Assembly: GCA_965223155.1 (NCBI GenBank)
Contig: CBDCVR010000013.1
Coordinates: 1,178,761 to 1,242,760 of the forward strand
Source: Candidatus Multivoradales bacterium
GTDB taxonomy: Bacteria > Acidobacteriota > Thermoanaerobaculia > Multivoradales > JAHEKO01
Direction: 5' to 3'
DNA length: 64,000 nt
Shown here: one piece after another, positions 45,923-56,298 of the stretch
How positions within the stretch are numbered: the first letter of the stretch is position 1
How the letters are laid out: each line of letters starts with the position of its first letter
The notes under the pieces: generated by a model
What the model was told of the DNA's origin: nothing
The model's database searches: none
The model's input: the letters and a program-made list of their open reading frames with translations, nothing else
Program-made: the position numbers and the translations under genes

Positions 45923-48736
45923 TCAGGACAGGGCTCCGCGCAGGAAGCGTCCTGTGTGGCTCGCCCCCACCTTGGTGACCGCCTCCGGCGTGCCGCTCGC
46001 CACCAGCTCGCCGCCGGCGGCCCCGCCCTCGGGCCCCAGGTCGAGAATCCAATCGGCGGTCTTCACCACCTCGAGGTTGTGCTCGATCACCACCACCGTG
46101 TTGCCTCGCTCCACCAGCTTGTGGAGCAGGCTCAGGAGCTTGCCGACGTCATCGAAATGAAGACCGGTGGTGGGCTCGTCCAGAAGGTAGAGCGTGCGCC
46201 CGGTCGAGCGCTTGCAAAGCTCCCGCGCCAGCTTGACCCGCTGCGCTTCGCCGCCAGATAGCGTGGTCGCCGGCTGGCCCAGGCGGATGTAGCCCAGGCC
46301 CACGTCCACCAGCGTGCCCAGGATCCGCTTGACCGGCGGGATCGCGTCAAACACCTCGGCCGCCTTCTCCACGGAAAGATCCAGGATCTCGGCGATGTTC
46401 AAGCCCTTGTAGCGCACCGCCAGGGTCTCCCGGTCGTAGCGCTTGCCGCCGCACACGTCGCAAGCGACGTAGATGTCCGGCAGGAAGTGCATCTCGATCT
46501 TGATCTGGCCGTCGCCCTTGCAGGCCTCGCAGCGCCCGCCCTTGACATTGAAACTGAACCGGCCCGGCTTGTAGCCCCGCTGGCGGGCATCCGGAGTCTT
46601 GGCCATGAGCGCGCGAATGTGTTGAAAGACCTGGGTGTAGGTGGCGGGGTTGGATCGCGGCGTGCGTCCGATCGGGCTCTGATCGATGGCGATGACCTTG
46701 TCTAGGTGTTCGAGACCCTCGATCCGGTCGTGCTCGCCGGGCCGGTCGGCCGCCCGATAGAAGTGCCGGGCCAGCGCGCGGTAGAGAATGTCGTTGACCA
46801 GGCTGCTCTTGCCCGATCCCGACACCCCGGTGACGGTGACGAAGACGCCCAGGGGGATCTCGACGGTCAGGTCCTTCAAGTTGTTCTGCCGGGCTCCGAC
46901 CACCACCAGCCGTTCGTCTCCCGGCGGCTTCCGCTCGGCCGGCCGCGGCACCTCGGCTTCGCCGCGCAGGTAGCGTCCGGTCAGCGAACGCTCGTCGGCC
47001 AGGATCGCCTCCGGCGTGCCCGCGGCCACCACGTCCCCACCATGCTCGCCGGCGCCCGGCCCCAGGTCGATGACCCAGTCGGCGGCCCGGATGGTCTCTT
47101 CGTCGTGCTCGACCACCAGTACCGAGTTGCCCAGGTCGCGCATGCCGCGCAGGGTTTCGAGCAAGCGGGCGTTGTCGCGCTGGTGCAAGCCGATCGAAGG
47201 CTCGTCCAGGACATAGAGCACGCCCATGAGTTTGCTGCCGATCTGGGTCGCCAGCCGGATGCGCTGGCTCTCGCCGCCCGAGAGCGAGCCCGATGCCCGG
47301 GCCAGAGACAGATAGCCGACGCCCACGTCGTCCAGGAAGGAGAGTCGGTCCGAGATCTCCTGCACCACCTTGCCCGCGATCGCCAGCTCGCGCCGGTCGA
47401 GCTGGAGCTCGGCGAAGAAGGCACGAACCTCGGCGATGGTCAGCTCCGAGAGAACGTCGATCGTCTGATCGGCAATGGTCACCGCCAGCGCCTCGGGTCG
47501 CAGCCGGCGCCCCTGGCACTCGGGACAGCGATGGACGGCCATGTATTTCTCGATCTCGGCGCGCACCGAAGCCGAATCGGTCTCGCGGTACCGGCGCTCG
47601 AGGGTCGGGATCACGCCCTCGTAGGCGCCCTTCCACTTATAGCTCGACTTCTTGCCGCTCATTTCGAAGGTGAGCTCGCGCCCGCCGGTGCCGTAGAGGA
47701 CGGCGTGGCGGGCCTTCTTGGCCAGAGACTTCCAGGCCTTACCGGTCGAGAAGCCCATGGTCTCGGCCAGAGTCGCGATCATCTGCATGCGCCAGGACTT
47801 GCTGCCGGCCGGCCAGGGGGCCAGTGCCCCAGCGTCCAGAGACCGTTCCGGATCCGCCACGACCCGGTCCTCGTCGACCCCCATGATCGTGCCCAAGCCC
47901 GAGCATTCGGGGCAAGCGCCGTACGGGCTGTTGAAGGAGAACAAGCGCGGCGTGATCTCCGCCAGGTTGGTGCCGCACTGGGCGCACGAGTAGTTGCGCG
48001 AGAGCGTTTCCTCCGGCAGGCCGGTCGCGGCCACGATCACCAGGCCGCCGCTGACCTTGAGCGCGGTCTCGATCGAGGACGTCACCCGCGACTCGAGACC
48101 CGGTCGGATGACCAGGCGGTCGATCACGAGGTCGATCGTGTGCTTCTTGTTCTTGTCCAGGGTCGGCGGCTCTCCCCGGAGCTCGACCATCTCGCCGTCG
48201 ATACGCGCTCGTGCGAAGCCCTCGCGCGCCATCTGCGTGAGCTGGCGGCGGTACTCGCCCTTCTTGCCGCGCACGTAGGGTGCGTAGAGCACCGCCCGGC
48301 CGCCCTCGGGCAGGGCCAGCACCCGATCCACCATCTGCTGGACGGTCTGGGGCCGGATGACCTGGCCGCAACGGGGACAGTGCGGCACGCCCACCGAGGC
48401 GAACAACAGGCGGATGTAGTCGTGAATCTCCGTGACGGTGCCCACGGTCGAGCGCGGATTGCGCGAGACCGACTTCTGCTCGATCGAGATCGCCGGAGAC
48501 AGACCCTCGATGGAATCCACGTCGGGCTTCTCCATCTGCTGCAGGAACTGCCGGGCGTAGGCCGAGAGAGATTCCACGTAGCGACGCTGGCCTTCGGCGT
48601 AGAGCGTGTCGAAGGCCAGGGACGACTTGCCCGATCCGGAAACGCCGGTGATCACCACCAACTGGTTTCGCGGGATCTCGAGCGACAGGTTCCTCAAGTT
48701 GTGCTCGCGCGCACCTCGAACGACGATCCGGTCCAT
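45923..48736 (-). CDS. uvrA: Excinuclease ABC subunit A
   Basis: GAREHNL, two [10 protein letters not shown] motifs, zinc fingers, [16 protein letters not shown]. Confidence 0.98.
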   Translation of the reverse strand: MDRIVVRGAREHNLRNLSLEIPRNQLVVITGVSGSGKSSLAFDTLYAEGQRRYVESLSAYARQFLQQMEKPDVDSIEGLSPAISIEQKSVSRNPRSTVGTVTEIHDYIRLLFASVGVPHCPRCGQVIRPQTVQQMVDRVLALPEGGRAVLYAPYVRGKKGEYRRQLTQMAREGFARARIDGEMVELRGEPPTLDKNKKHTIDLVIDRLVIRPGLESRVTSSIETALKVSGGLVIVAATGLPEETLSRNYSCAQCGTNLAEITPRLFSFNSPYGACPECSGLGTIMGVDEDRVVADPERSLDAGALAPWPAGSKSWRMQMIATLAETMGFSTGKAWKSLAKKARHAVLYGTGGRELTFEMSGKKSSYKWKGAYEGVIPTLERRYRETDSASVRAEIEKYMAVHRCPECQGRRLRPEALAVTIADQTIDVLSELTIAEVRAFFAELQLDRRELAIAGKVVQEISDRLSFLDDVGVGYLSLARASGSLSGGESQRIRLATQIGSKLMGVLYVLDEPSIGLHQRDNARLLETLRGMRDLGNSVLVVEHDEETIRAADWVIDLGPGAGEHGGDVVAAGTPEAILADERSLTGRYLRGEAEVPRPAERKPPGDERLVVVGARQNNLKDLTVEIPLGVFVTVTGVSGSGKSSLVNDILYRALARHFYRAADRPGEHDRIEGLEHLDKVIAIDQSPIGRTPRSNPATYTQVFQHIRALMAKTPDARQRGYKPGRFSFNVKGGRCEACKGDGQIKIEMHFLPDIYVACDVCGGKRYDRETLAVRYKGLNIAEILDLSVEKAAEVFDAIPPVKRILGTLVDVGLGYIRLGQPATTLSGGEAQRVKLARELCKRSTGRTLYLLDEPTTGLHFDDVGKLLSLLHKLVERGNTVVVIEHNLEVVKTADWILDLGPEGGAAGGELVASGTPEAVTKVGASHTGRFLRGALS

Positions 48737-48849
48737 GAGCAGCGGAATCTAGCAGACGACTGGCGCCGCTCCGAGGCGGCCCGAGCGCGCCGGAAGCCAC
48801 GGCACCCGGCAGCCGCGGTCGGCCACCGGTTGGTCACAGCGGAATCAGG

Positions 48850-50373
48850 CTAGCGCAGACCGGCGACGGGGCCGAGCGTACCCGAACCGACTCTCACCAG
48901 CCGGGTCTCATGGCGCTCGCGGACTCGCAGGGCGGGGGCCTTGACCGGCTGCTGTTTCAGCCGTTGCAACCGCCGCTGCTTGCGTTCCAGCTTGCGTTTC
49001 AGCCGAATGAGCTTCTTGATTCGCGGAATGCCGAGACCCAGGCGGAGCGCGTCGAAGCTGGCCCGGGAAAAGCGCACCTGGCTTGCCGCCCCGGCCAGCT
49101 CTTCGGCCTCGACCGGCCGGGCGCCGGGCAGGATGCCCCGCTCGCCGAACGCGAACGAGGCCAGGTCCACGCCCGGGATGCTGCCGCCGTACTGATCGTT
49201 GATGGCTTCGAGAAACTCGTTTGCCGCCAACGCGTACCCCAACGGCGAGGCGTGCACGCCGTCGAGCGAGAACAGCCCGCCGGTCAAGAAGTCGGTCGAA
49301 AATTCGACTCCCCCGAGGAGCAGCCCGTTGCGGCGTACGTCCTCGAAGAGGGCGTGCATGTCCGCGACCGCCCAGCCGGCGTCGGCGGCGGCTGAGCGAA
49401 TCACCGTGTTGAACCCATCGAGGCGCTCGGTCACCGCCGCCGCCTCGCTCGCGCTCAGCACGACCTGGTCGGGCAACGCCCGTCCCGAACCGCCCAGCGC
49501 CGCCGGAACGCCGTCGCCCCGAGCCAGGAGCGTCGAGGCGGTCAGGAGCACGAAGTCACCCGCCGAGAGGGGGCCGTCGGGACCCAAGAGCGGCACCGGA
49601 GCGCCGTTGACGAGCACCGGCTCGCCGGTCGCCGGATGAATCACGACCGGCGGCAGGGTGGTCACGAAGGGAATCGAAGTCACCGAGGGCAGCGTGGCGA
49701 CGGCTCCGCCCCCGACGCCGCTCTCGACCAGCGCGCCGAGGAGCTGACGATAGTCGTTCTCGAAGCTCTCGAGCGGGGTGAGGGTCACGCCTTCGATGAC
49801 CATGCCCGTCCCCACGGCGCGCAGCGCGTCATTGCTGCCGATCCAGACGGTGACGAAGGCGGGCTCGAGCGCGATGCCTTGCTCGAGCTGGGTTCCAATT
49901 CCCCGCAAGATCAAGTCGTGCAATCCGCCGTTGTCGGTGACCGTGCGCAGCACGTCTCCGACCCGCGCTCCGGGCACCGCCAGGTTGTCGTAGGGCCGCG
50001 GCAGAGTGAGGTTGATCGGCGAGCCCAGACCCGCGCGCGGAGCGATCGTCAGCGGATCGAGCGAAGCCAGCACCGAGACCGCCGGCAGCCCGGGATCGGT
50101 CACCAGCGGCTGCTCGAACGGAATCACCGACCGGCGGGACTGCTCGGCGATCAGCTTGGGATAGCTGCTGCGCTGACCATCAATGTGGAGCGAGCCGCTC
50201 GAGAATCCCGCGGTCAGGCTGTCGCCGAGGGCGACGTACCGTGTGAGATCGGCCGAGCCCGTGTCTACCTGAGCGCCGGCCGGCGAGGCGAAGCTCGCCA
50301 GAACTACTACCAGAATCGGCAGAATCGGCGGGATGAGCAGGCTGGGAGAGATACGCGTCTTCGTGGTCGTCAT
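48850..50373 (-). CDS. Secreted SGNH/GDSL lipolytic-family protein
   Basis: Signal peptide; YVALGDSLTAG, NLAVPGA, WIGSND, FSLDGVH. Confidence 0.88.
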   Translation of the reverse strand: MTTTKTRISPSLLIPPILPILVVVLASFASPAGAQVDTGSADLTRYVALGDSLTAGFSSGSLHIDGQRSSYPKLIAEQSRRSVIPFEQPLVTDPGLPAVSVLASLDPLTIAPRAGLGSPINLTLPRPYDNLAVPGARVGDVLRTVTDNGGLHDLILRGIGTQLEQGIALEPAFVTVWIGSNDALRAVGTGMVIEGVTLTPLESFENDYRQLLGALVESGVGGGAVATLPSVTSIPFVTTLPPVVIHPATGEPVLVNGAPVPLLGPDGPLSAGDFVLLTASTLLARGDGVPAALGGSGRALPDQVVLSASEAAAVTERLDGFNTVIRSAAADAGWAVADMHALFEDVRRNGLLLGGVEFSTDFLTGGLFSLDGVHASPLGYALAANEFLEAINDQYGGSIPGVDLASFAFGERGILPGARPVEAEELAGAASQVRFSRASFDALRLGLGIPRIKKLIRLKRKLERKQRRLQRLKQQPVKAPALRVRERHETRLVRVGSGTLGPVAGLR

Positions 50374-50382
50374 GATCTGGTC

Positions 50383-51669
50383 CTACCAGCCCACGGTCAC
50401 GCCCAGCAGCAGGGCCTGACTATCGTAGGTTCCGTTAAAGCCGCTTTCGTTTACGGCCGTGGTGCGTTTCTCGAGCGGCAAGTACAAGAGCGCCAGGTCC
50501 ACGGACTTCTTCGGTCCCTGGTAGCCGTAGCCGACCGAGAGCCCGCGCCGATCGCCATCCGGCAGCAGGGGGCCCACGTTCTCGAGCGGCTGCGGCGTCT
50601 CGTCGAAGAGAAACCCGACGCGCCATTCGCTCCGCGCTCCGGTCTTGCGCCGAGCCCCCAGGCGGTAGTTGTTGGCATCGTCCCAATGCTGTGGCAAGAC
50701 CAGCGGCGGCAGGGCCCCGCCGAAGTCGATCACGACCTCGTCCATACTGCTCCAACCGGTGCGGTTGGCGTCCAGCTCGACCAGCCATTCGGCGCCGAAG
50801 CGGACCGCCACGCCCAGCATCAAGAGATCAGGAAACTCGAGCTCGGTCGAGATCGCCAGGTCCTGGCCCAGGGGCAGCGTAGCGGCGACCAGGGCGTCGA
50901 GCTGCGGGTTGCCGGTCGGAATCTGAGTAAAGCGAGCGTCCCCGGAGAAATCCGTGTCCACCGCCCCGCGGTAGGCCACTCCCCAGGTCACCCGGTCGTT
51001 GGGCTGATGGCGCAACCCGACCTGGAAGCCGAAGCCCTGGTCGAAATCACTCTCTAGATCCACCTCGGCGACATCGACCACGTTGGCGGTGAAGGGGTTG
51101 ATGAGCCCCTGGTTCCTGGTCAGCTCGACCTTGGCCGAGCGCAGCATGAGGCCGACGCCGACGCCCAGCCGGTCGTTGACCTTCCAGGCCAGGTTGGGAT
51201 TCAGATCCAGCGTCACCACCGAGGCCTCGCGGCTCACGAAGCGGCCGGAGAACGCCGGATCGTCCCACTTGGTAGAGAGGCCGAAGGGCGAGTTGACCGC
51301 CAGGCCGAACGTCATGCGGTCGTTGATCGGCTCGACCCAATAGAAGTGGGGCGGGGTCTCGAAGAGATCGGCCATGGTCTCGGTCACCCCAGGCCCGGGA
51401 AAGGGCGAGCCCCCCTGGAACTCGGTGCCGCTACCGTGAATGAGCGTGGTGCCGACCTGGAATTCGCGCTCGTCCAGAAAGGCCAGCCCGCCCACGTTAT
51501 GAAACATCGCCGAGGGGTCATCGGCCTGGGCGGCGAAAGCCCCGCCCATGCCCATGGCCTTCGAGCCCTGCTCGAAAATGCCGAACCCCGCGCCCCAGGC
51601 GCTGGATGCGGCCACCAACCCGGCGCATGCAAGAGCCGCCGCCCGCAGGCCTCTCGATCTGATCGACAT
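50383..51669 (-). CDS. FadL/OmpP1/TodX outer-membrane hydrophobic-molecule transporter
   Basis: Signal peptide, then AGFGIFEQG..AMGMGGA..A.ADDPSA..N.GGL; P.GL...W. Confidence 0.9.
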   Translation of the reverse strand: MSIRSRGLRAAALACAGLVAASSAWGAGFGIFEQGSKAMGMGGAFAAQADDPSAMFHNVGGLAFLDEREFQVGTTLIHGSGTEFQGGSPFPGPGVTETMADLFETPPHFYWVEPINDRMTFGLAVNSPFGLSTKWDDPAFSGRFVSREASVVTLDLNPNLAWKVNDRLGVGVGLMLRSAKVELTRNQGLINPFTANVVDVAEVDLESDFDQGFGFQVGLRHQPNDRVTWGVAYRGAVDTDFSGDARFTQIPTGNPQLDALVAATLPLGQDLAISTELEFPDLLMLGVAVRFGAEWLVELDANRTGWSSMDEVVIDFGGALPPLVLPQHWDDANNYRLGARRKTGARSEWRVGFLFDETPQPLENVGPLLPDGDRRGLSVGYGYQGPKKSVDLALLYLPLEKRTTAVNESGFNGTYDSQALLLGVTVGW

Positions 51670-51711
51670 CACGTATCTCCTCGTTGTCCCTGGTTCGATA
51701 GATTTCGGGCC

Positions 51712-51741
51712 ACCCTACGGCACGGAAAACCGCACTGTCAA
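51712..51741 (-). promoter_or_regulatory. Putative sigma70 promoter of the fadL-like/SGNH operon
   Basis: Minus strand TTGACA-N18-TAGGGT. Confidence 0.5.
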
Positions 51742-52017
51742 ACGAGTTTACGGTCCGCCGGGGCGGCGGGTTTCTGGATCCCGCGGCAGGCTTCCGCCCC
51801 GCCCCGGCCCGCTCTGAGTCGGAGGGGTACGGTTCCGCCCGCACTCGGCCCACCAAGGCGGCAAGCGCCATCGGCGGAGCCGAGTCGAGGCTGGGCTCGA
51901 TCCGGATCGCGGCAGGACCGGTCCAGAGCCGCGGATGTCCAATTGAGCCCGCCGGACGCCGATCTCGACGGCCGCCACTCCCTGCTAGACTGAGGTTGGA
52001 CCACGAGGAGCCGCAGC

Positions 52018-52500
52018 ATGAATTTCGAGCACACTCATCACGAGGAAACCCACCGCCGGGTCGGCGAGATTCTCTCGGAGCTTTTTGACGAACCCTACCT
52101 CGATCCCGAGAACGGGCATTTCTACGTCGGCTACGGCAGTACCGTGCTTGAGATCTCGGTCGAGCCCTACGGCCCCGAGGAGACGGTGGTCGAGATCACG
52201 GCCTACTGCGTCCAGGGCGTCGAACTGCGCGAGAACCTCCTCTTGGGCCTCCTGGAGCTCAATCACGAGCTGCCGATCGGGTCGTTCTCGGTGGTCGGCA
52301 ACGACATTTTCCTATCGCATGCTCTCTTTGGACGAGCGCTGGATCGGAAGGCGCTCTTAGGAGCCATCGCCGCGGTCGCCAACATCTCCGACGAATACGA
52401 CGACCGGATCGTCGCCAGCTACGGCGGACACACCGCCATCGACCAGATCCGCGACACCGGCGGCCGCAAGCAGCGCTCGGCCGCGCGCGAAGCCAACTAG
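52018..52500 (+). CDS. YbjN / T3SS-chaperone-fold family protein
   Basis: RBS GAGGAG; GST...V, LLELN....GSF, I.DEYDD.I...YGG pattern. Confidence 0.7.
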   Translation: MNFEHTHHEETHRRVGEILSELFDEPYLDPENGHFYVGYGSTVLEISVEPYGPEETVVEITAYCVQGVELRENLLLGLLELNHELPIGSFSVVGNDIFLSHALFGRALDRKALLGAIAAVANISDEYDDRIVASYGGHTAIDQIRDTGGRKQRSAAREAN

Positions 52501-52581
52501 AGAACGGCTCTTCCCGGAGCCCGAACAGGCAGAGCCCGGCAGGCCTGCCGCCGGGAGGGCAACAGGCGCGGGACCAACCGG

Positions 52582-53052
52582 CTAACGGCGGCGGGCCGCC
52601 ATCGCCTCGGCCGCTTCGGCGTCCAGAACCTTCTTTTTTTCCCGCTGGCGCTTGTCGTAGAGCTTGCGGCCGCGGGCGATGGCGATCTCGGCCTTGACCA
52701 GGTTGCCCTTGAGATAGATCGACAACGGCACGCAGGTCAGGCCTTGAAGGGTGGTCTTGCCGAAGATGCGGTCGATCTCCCGGCGCTTGAGCAGGAGCTT
52801 CCGCGGCCGCTCGGCGGCGTGATTCGAGATGTTGCCGTGGCTGTAGGGCGCGATGTGAGCTCCGACCAGGAAGGCCTCGCCCTCCCGAATCTCGACGTAG
52901 CTGTCCTTGAGCTGCACCCGGCCGGCCCGCACTGACTTGACCTCGGTGCCCTTGAGGACCAGGCCGGCCTCCATCCGCTCCAAGATCTCGTAGTCACGCC
53001 GGGCGCGGCGGTTCTGCGCCACGACGTCCGATTGGCCGCCCTTCTTCGCCAT
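52582..53052 (-). CDS. smpB: SsrA-binding protein
   Basis: NRRARRDY, EAGLVLKGTEVKSVR, RKLLL, GRKLYDKR. Confidence 0.97.
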   Translation of the reverse strand: MAKKGGQSDVVAQNRRARRDYEILERMEAGLVLKGTEVKSVRAGRVQLKDSYVEIREGEAFLVGAHIAPYSHGNISNHAAERPRKLLLKRREIDRIFGKTTLQGLTCVPLSIYLKGNLVKAEIAIARGRKLYDKRQREKKKVLDAEAAEAMAARRR

Positions 53053-53090
53053 CGGGCGAGTCTACCGGGGCGTGCTACAGTTTTTCGCCA

Positions 53091-53642
53091 ATGAGGTTGC
53101 TGTCAGGGCTCCTCGGCCTGGTTCTCCTGTTCTCCGCTCAACCCGGCGACAAAGCAAGCATCTCGGACCTTCGGCTGGCGGTCGAAGGGCGCGACGTGTT
53201 CCTGAGCTTCGGGCTGGAGATCGACTTCAGCCAGGAGATGATCGACCGAATCGAGAGCGGCCTGCCCACCGGCTTCGACTTCGAGTTCCTGCTGGCCAAG
53301 GCCCAGCGCCGCTGGTGGTGGTTCGACCGGGATTTCGCCGGCTCGCGATTCCAGGTCGTGGCAATGTACAACGCGGTCACCCGCGACTACCTGGTCAACT
53401 ACAAGAAGGAAGGCGAGCTGATCGAGAGCTTGGCCGTCCGCGACCTGGACGAGCTGCGCCTCGCGATGACCCGGTTCGAGCGGATCCTGGCCTTCTCGGC
53501 GGTCGACCTGCCGACCGACCGACCGTTCCAGGTGCGGGTCCGCGCCGAGGTCGGCTCGAAGAACCTCTTCTCCCTGATCCCAACGACGCTCAAGACCGAC
53601 TGGGTCGAGTCCCGCCACTTCCGGCTGCCGCCCGAATCATGA
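53091..53642 (+). CDS. DUF4390 domain protein
   Basis: Signal peptide, G.P..F.F, WWWFDR, YNAVTR.Y; typical position upstream of NtrY-like kinases. Confidence 0.75.
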   Translation: MRLLSGLLGLVLLFSAQPGDKASISDLRLAVEGRDVFLSFGLEIDFSQEMIDRIESGLPTGFDFEFLLAKAQRRWWWFDRDFAGSRFQVVAMYNAVTRDYLVNYKKEGELIESLAVRDLDELRLAMTRFERILAFSAVDLPTDRPFQVRVRAEVGSKNLFSLIPTTLKTDWVESRHFRLPPES

Positions 53643-55819
53643 CCGGCGGCCGGCCCAACCTGCCGATCCGATCCTACGTTCGCGACACTCGCTGGATCGC
53701 CGGCGGTCTGCTGGTGGTGCTGGCGCTGCTTTCGGCCGTCTACTACCTGATCGTACGTTCGACCGCCCCCGAGGCGGCGACCAACAAGCTCCTGGTCTTC
53801 GTTCTCTGGTACGTCAACCTGATTCTGATCCTGATCATCCTCTTCGTCCTGTTCCGGAATCTCTTCAAGCTCGCCCTCGAACGCCAGCACAAGATCTTCG
53901 GCTCCAAGCTGCGCACCAAGCTCGTGGCGACCTACATCCTGCTCGCTCTCATCCCGGGTCTGCTGCTCTTCGTCTACGGCAGCCAGCTTCTGCGTGGTTG
54001 GATCGACAGCTGGTTCGACGAATCGTCGATTCGGGGCATCGTCCAGCAGGGCGCCCTCGTGGCCGAAGAGTTCAATCGCCACATCGAAGAAGACGCCGCC
54101 TTCAAGACCGCCCGGGCCCTGGCCGAGATCGACACCGGCGATCTCTTAAACGCCCGCCGCCGGCCGATGCTCGACCGCAGGCTGCAACGGCTCCTGACCG
54201 AGCAGGCGATCGACGCCCTGAGCGTGTACTCGGGAACCCATTTCGTGCACGGCGCGCTGCTGCCGCAATCGGGGCTGACCCGGCTGCCCGAGCCCGGCGG
54301 CGCCTTCCTGCTCGAGGCCCAGCGTGAGGGCCGGGCGGTCCAGACCCGCGCCCAAGGATCCGCCCGGCTGGTCATGACCGCGCTTGCCGGAGGGGAGGCC
54401 GACGACCCGGAACGAATCGTCGTCGTGGGCACGTTGCAGATCCCACCGGAGCTGGCCGAGCCCAACGCCCGCTTGATCCAGGCCCAGCAAGGCTACCGCC
54501 AGATCGAGGTCCAGAAAGGAGACATCAAGGCGACCTACCGGCTGCTCTTCTTGCTGGTCACGCTGGTCGTGCTGATGGTGACCTCCTGGGTGGGCCTCTA
54601 TCTGGCCCGCCGCATCACGGTGCCGGTCGAGGCCGTCGCCGAGGCCACCAAGAGGCTTTCCGAAGGGGACCTGGACTACCGCATCGAGGTGCCGGCCGAC
54701 GACGAGCTGGGTGTTCTGGTCCACTCCTTCAACCGCATGACCGACGAGCTGCGCAGCAACAAGGAGGATCTCGTCAACGCCAACAAGAGGCTGGACGACG
54801 AGAGGGCTTTGGTCTCGGCGGTGCTCGACAACGTCGCCGCCGGCGTTGTGTCCGTGGATCAGCAGGGGCGGATGCTGACCTGCAACCGGGCCGCGGTGAA
54901 GCTCCTGGCCATGGACCGCCCGCCGCTCGGCCGTCCCCTGACCGAGATCTGGTCCGACCCGGAACGCGCCAAGCTGATCGGGCTGCTGGACGATTCCGGC
55001 GCCGGCGCAAGCCGCCAGCCGCGCACGGTGCGGCTGCTCCTGGGTGGCAACTGGAAGACCTTCGAGGTCAAGTTGCGCGCGATGCGGGACGCCGACGGCG
55101 CCGACCGGGGCCGCGTCCTGGTCATCGAAGACCTGTCGAAGCTGATCGAAGCCCAGCAGCGCGCCGCCTGGAACGAGGCGGCCCGCCGCGTGGCGCACGA
55201 GATCAAGAACCCCTTGACGCCAATCCGCCTCTCGGCCGAGCGCATCCTCAAGAAGTACAAGCGCGGCGACGACTCGCTGGGCGAAGCCCTGGAGAGCGGC
55301 GTCGGCATTATCCGCCAGGAGGTGGACTCCCTGCGGCAGATGGTGGACGAGTTCTCCCGCTTCGCGCGCATGCGTCCGCCCCACCTGCGGCCCACGAACC
55401 TGCCCAGCCTGATCGACGAGGTTCTCAAGCTCTACCGGGAGATCAAGCCTGGAGTCGACGTCCGCGGCGCGATCGCCGACGGCATCGACACCGCGGTGCT
55501 GGATCGGGCGCAGATCAAGCAAGTCCTGATCAACCTGCTCGACAACGCCATCGACTCCACCGAGGCGCCCGGCGACGTCCTGGTCTCGGCCGCGGCCAGC
55601 AACGGTTCGGTACGGATCGAAGTCGCAGACACCGGCCGCGGCGTTCCCGAGGGCGACCGCGACAAGCTCTTCACGCCGCACTTCTCAACCAAGGGCCGAG
55701 GCACCGGATTGGGCCTGTCGATCGTTCACCGCATCGTCACCGAGCACCACGGCACAGTCGCGGTCGCGGACAACGAACCTCGAGGCGCGGTCTTTTCGAT
55801 CGAGCTGCCGCAGAGCTAG
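53639..55819 (+). CDS. NtrY-like HAMP/PAS sensor histidine kinase
   Basis: GSKLRTKL, HAMP (DELG.L..SFN.M), PAS, AW.E.ARRVAHEIKNPLTPIRLSAER, GTGLGL. Confidence 0.92.
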   Translation: MTGGRPNLPIRSYVRDTRWIAGGLLVVLALLSAVYYLIVRSTAPEAATNKLLVFVLWYVNLILILIILFVLFRNLFKLALERQHKIFGSKLRTKLVATYILLALIPGLLLFVYGSQLLRGWIDSWFDESSIRGIVQQGALVAEEFNRHIEEDAAFKTARALAEIDTGDLLNARRRPMLDRRLQRLLTEQAIDALSVYSGTHFVHGALLPQSGLTRLPEPGGAFLLEAQREGRAVQTRAQGSARLVMTALAGGEADDPERIVVVGTLQIPPELAEPNARLIQAQQGYRQIEVQKGDIKATYRLLFLLVTLVVLMVTSWVGLYLARRITVPVEAVAEATKRLSEGDLDYRIEVPADDELGVLVHSFNRMTDELRSNKEDLVNANKRLDDERALVSAVLDNVAAGVVSVDQQGRMLTCNRAAVKLLAMDRPPLGRPLTEIWSDPERAKLIGLLDDSGAGASRQPRTVRLLLGGNWKTFEVKLRAMRDADGADRGRVLVIEDLSKLIEAQQRAAWNEAARRVAHEIKNPLTPIRLSAERILKKYKRGDDSLGEALESGVGIIRQEVDSLRQMVDEFSRFARMRPPHLRPTNLPSLIDEVLKLYREIKPGVDVRGAIADGIDTAVLDRAQIKQVLINLLDNAIDSTEAPGDVLVSAAASNGSVRIEVADTGRGVPEGDRDKLFTPHFSTKGRGTGLGLSIVHRIVTEHHGTVAVADNEPRGAVFSIELPQS

Positions 55820-55836
55820 CCGGATAGAATTGGGCC

Positions 55837-56298
55837 GTGAGCGAGACTCTTCCCATCGACCTCGTCCAGGCTCAGGTCAAGGACGCGCTAAAGAGCGGCG
55901 ACAAGGTGCGCCTGGCGACGTTGCGGCTGCTTCTCAGCTCGGTCAAGAACGAGACCATCCGGCTGGGAAAGCCGGTCGAGGACACAGACTTCGTGGGCAT
56001 CGTCCAGAAGGGCATCAAACAGCGCCGCGAGGCGGCCGCGGCCTTCCGCCAGGGCGGCCGTGAGGAGAGCGCCGAGCGCGAGGAACGCGAGGCCGAGATC
56101 CTGGCTGAGTACCTGCCTCCTCAAGCGAGCGAGGAGGTCATCCGCGAAGCCGTAACCGACTTGGTCGAGGCCCAGGACCTGGCCGGTCCCCAAGCCCTGG
56201 GCGCGGTCATGGGCGCGATGATGGCCCGGTTCCAGGGCCAGGCCGACGGCGGCACCATCAACCGCATCGCCCGCGAGATTCTCGAGAGCCGTTCTTGA
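55837..56298 (+). CDS. GatB/YqeY domain protein
   Basis: K.ALKSGDK.RL..LR, K..KQRRE, E..IL.EYLP, G.ADG. Confidence 0.9.
   Translation: MSETLPIDLVQAQVKDALKSGDKVRLATLRLLLSSVKNETIRLGKPVEDTDFVGIVQKGIKQRREAAAAFRQGGREESAEREEREAEILAEYLPPQASEEVIREAVTDLVEAQDLAGPQALGAVMGAMMARFQGQADGGTINRIAREILESRS

Noticed and set aside
52500-53090. tmRNA (ssrA) next to smpB
   Set aside because: No room for it and no tRNA-Ala-like ends; the flanks are short intergenic gaps.
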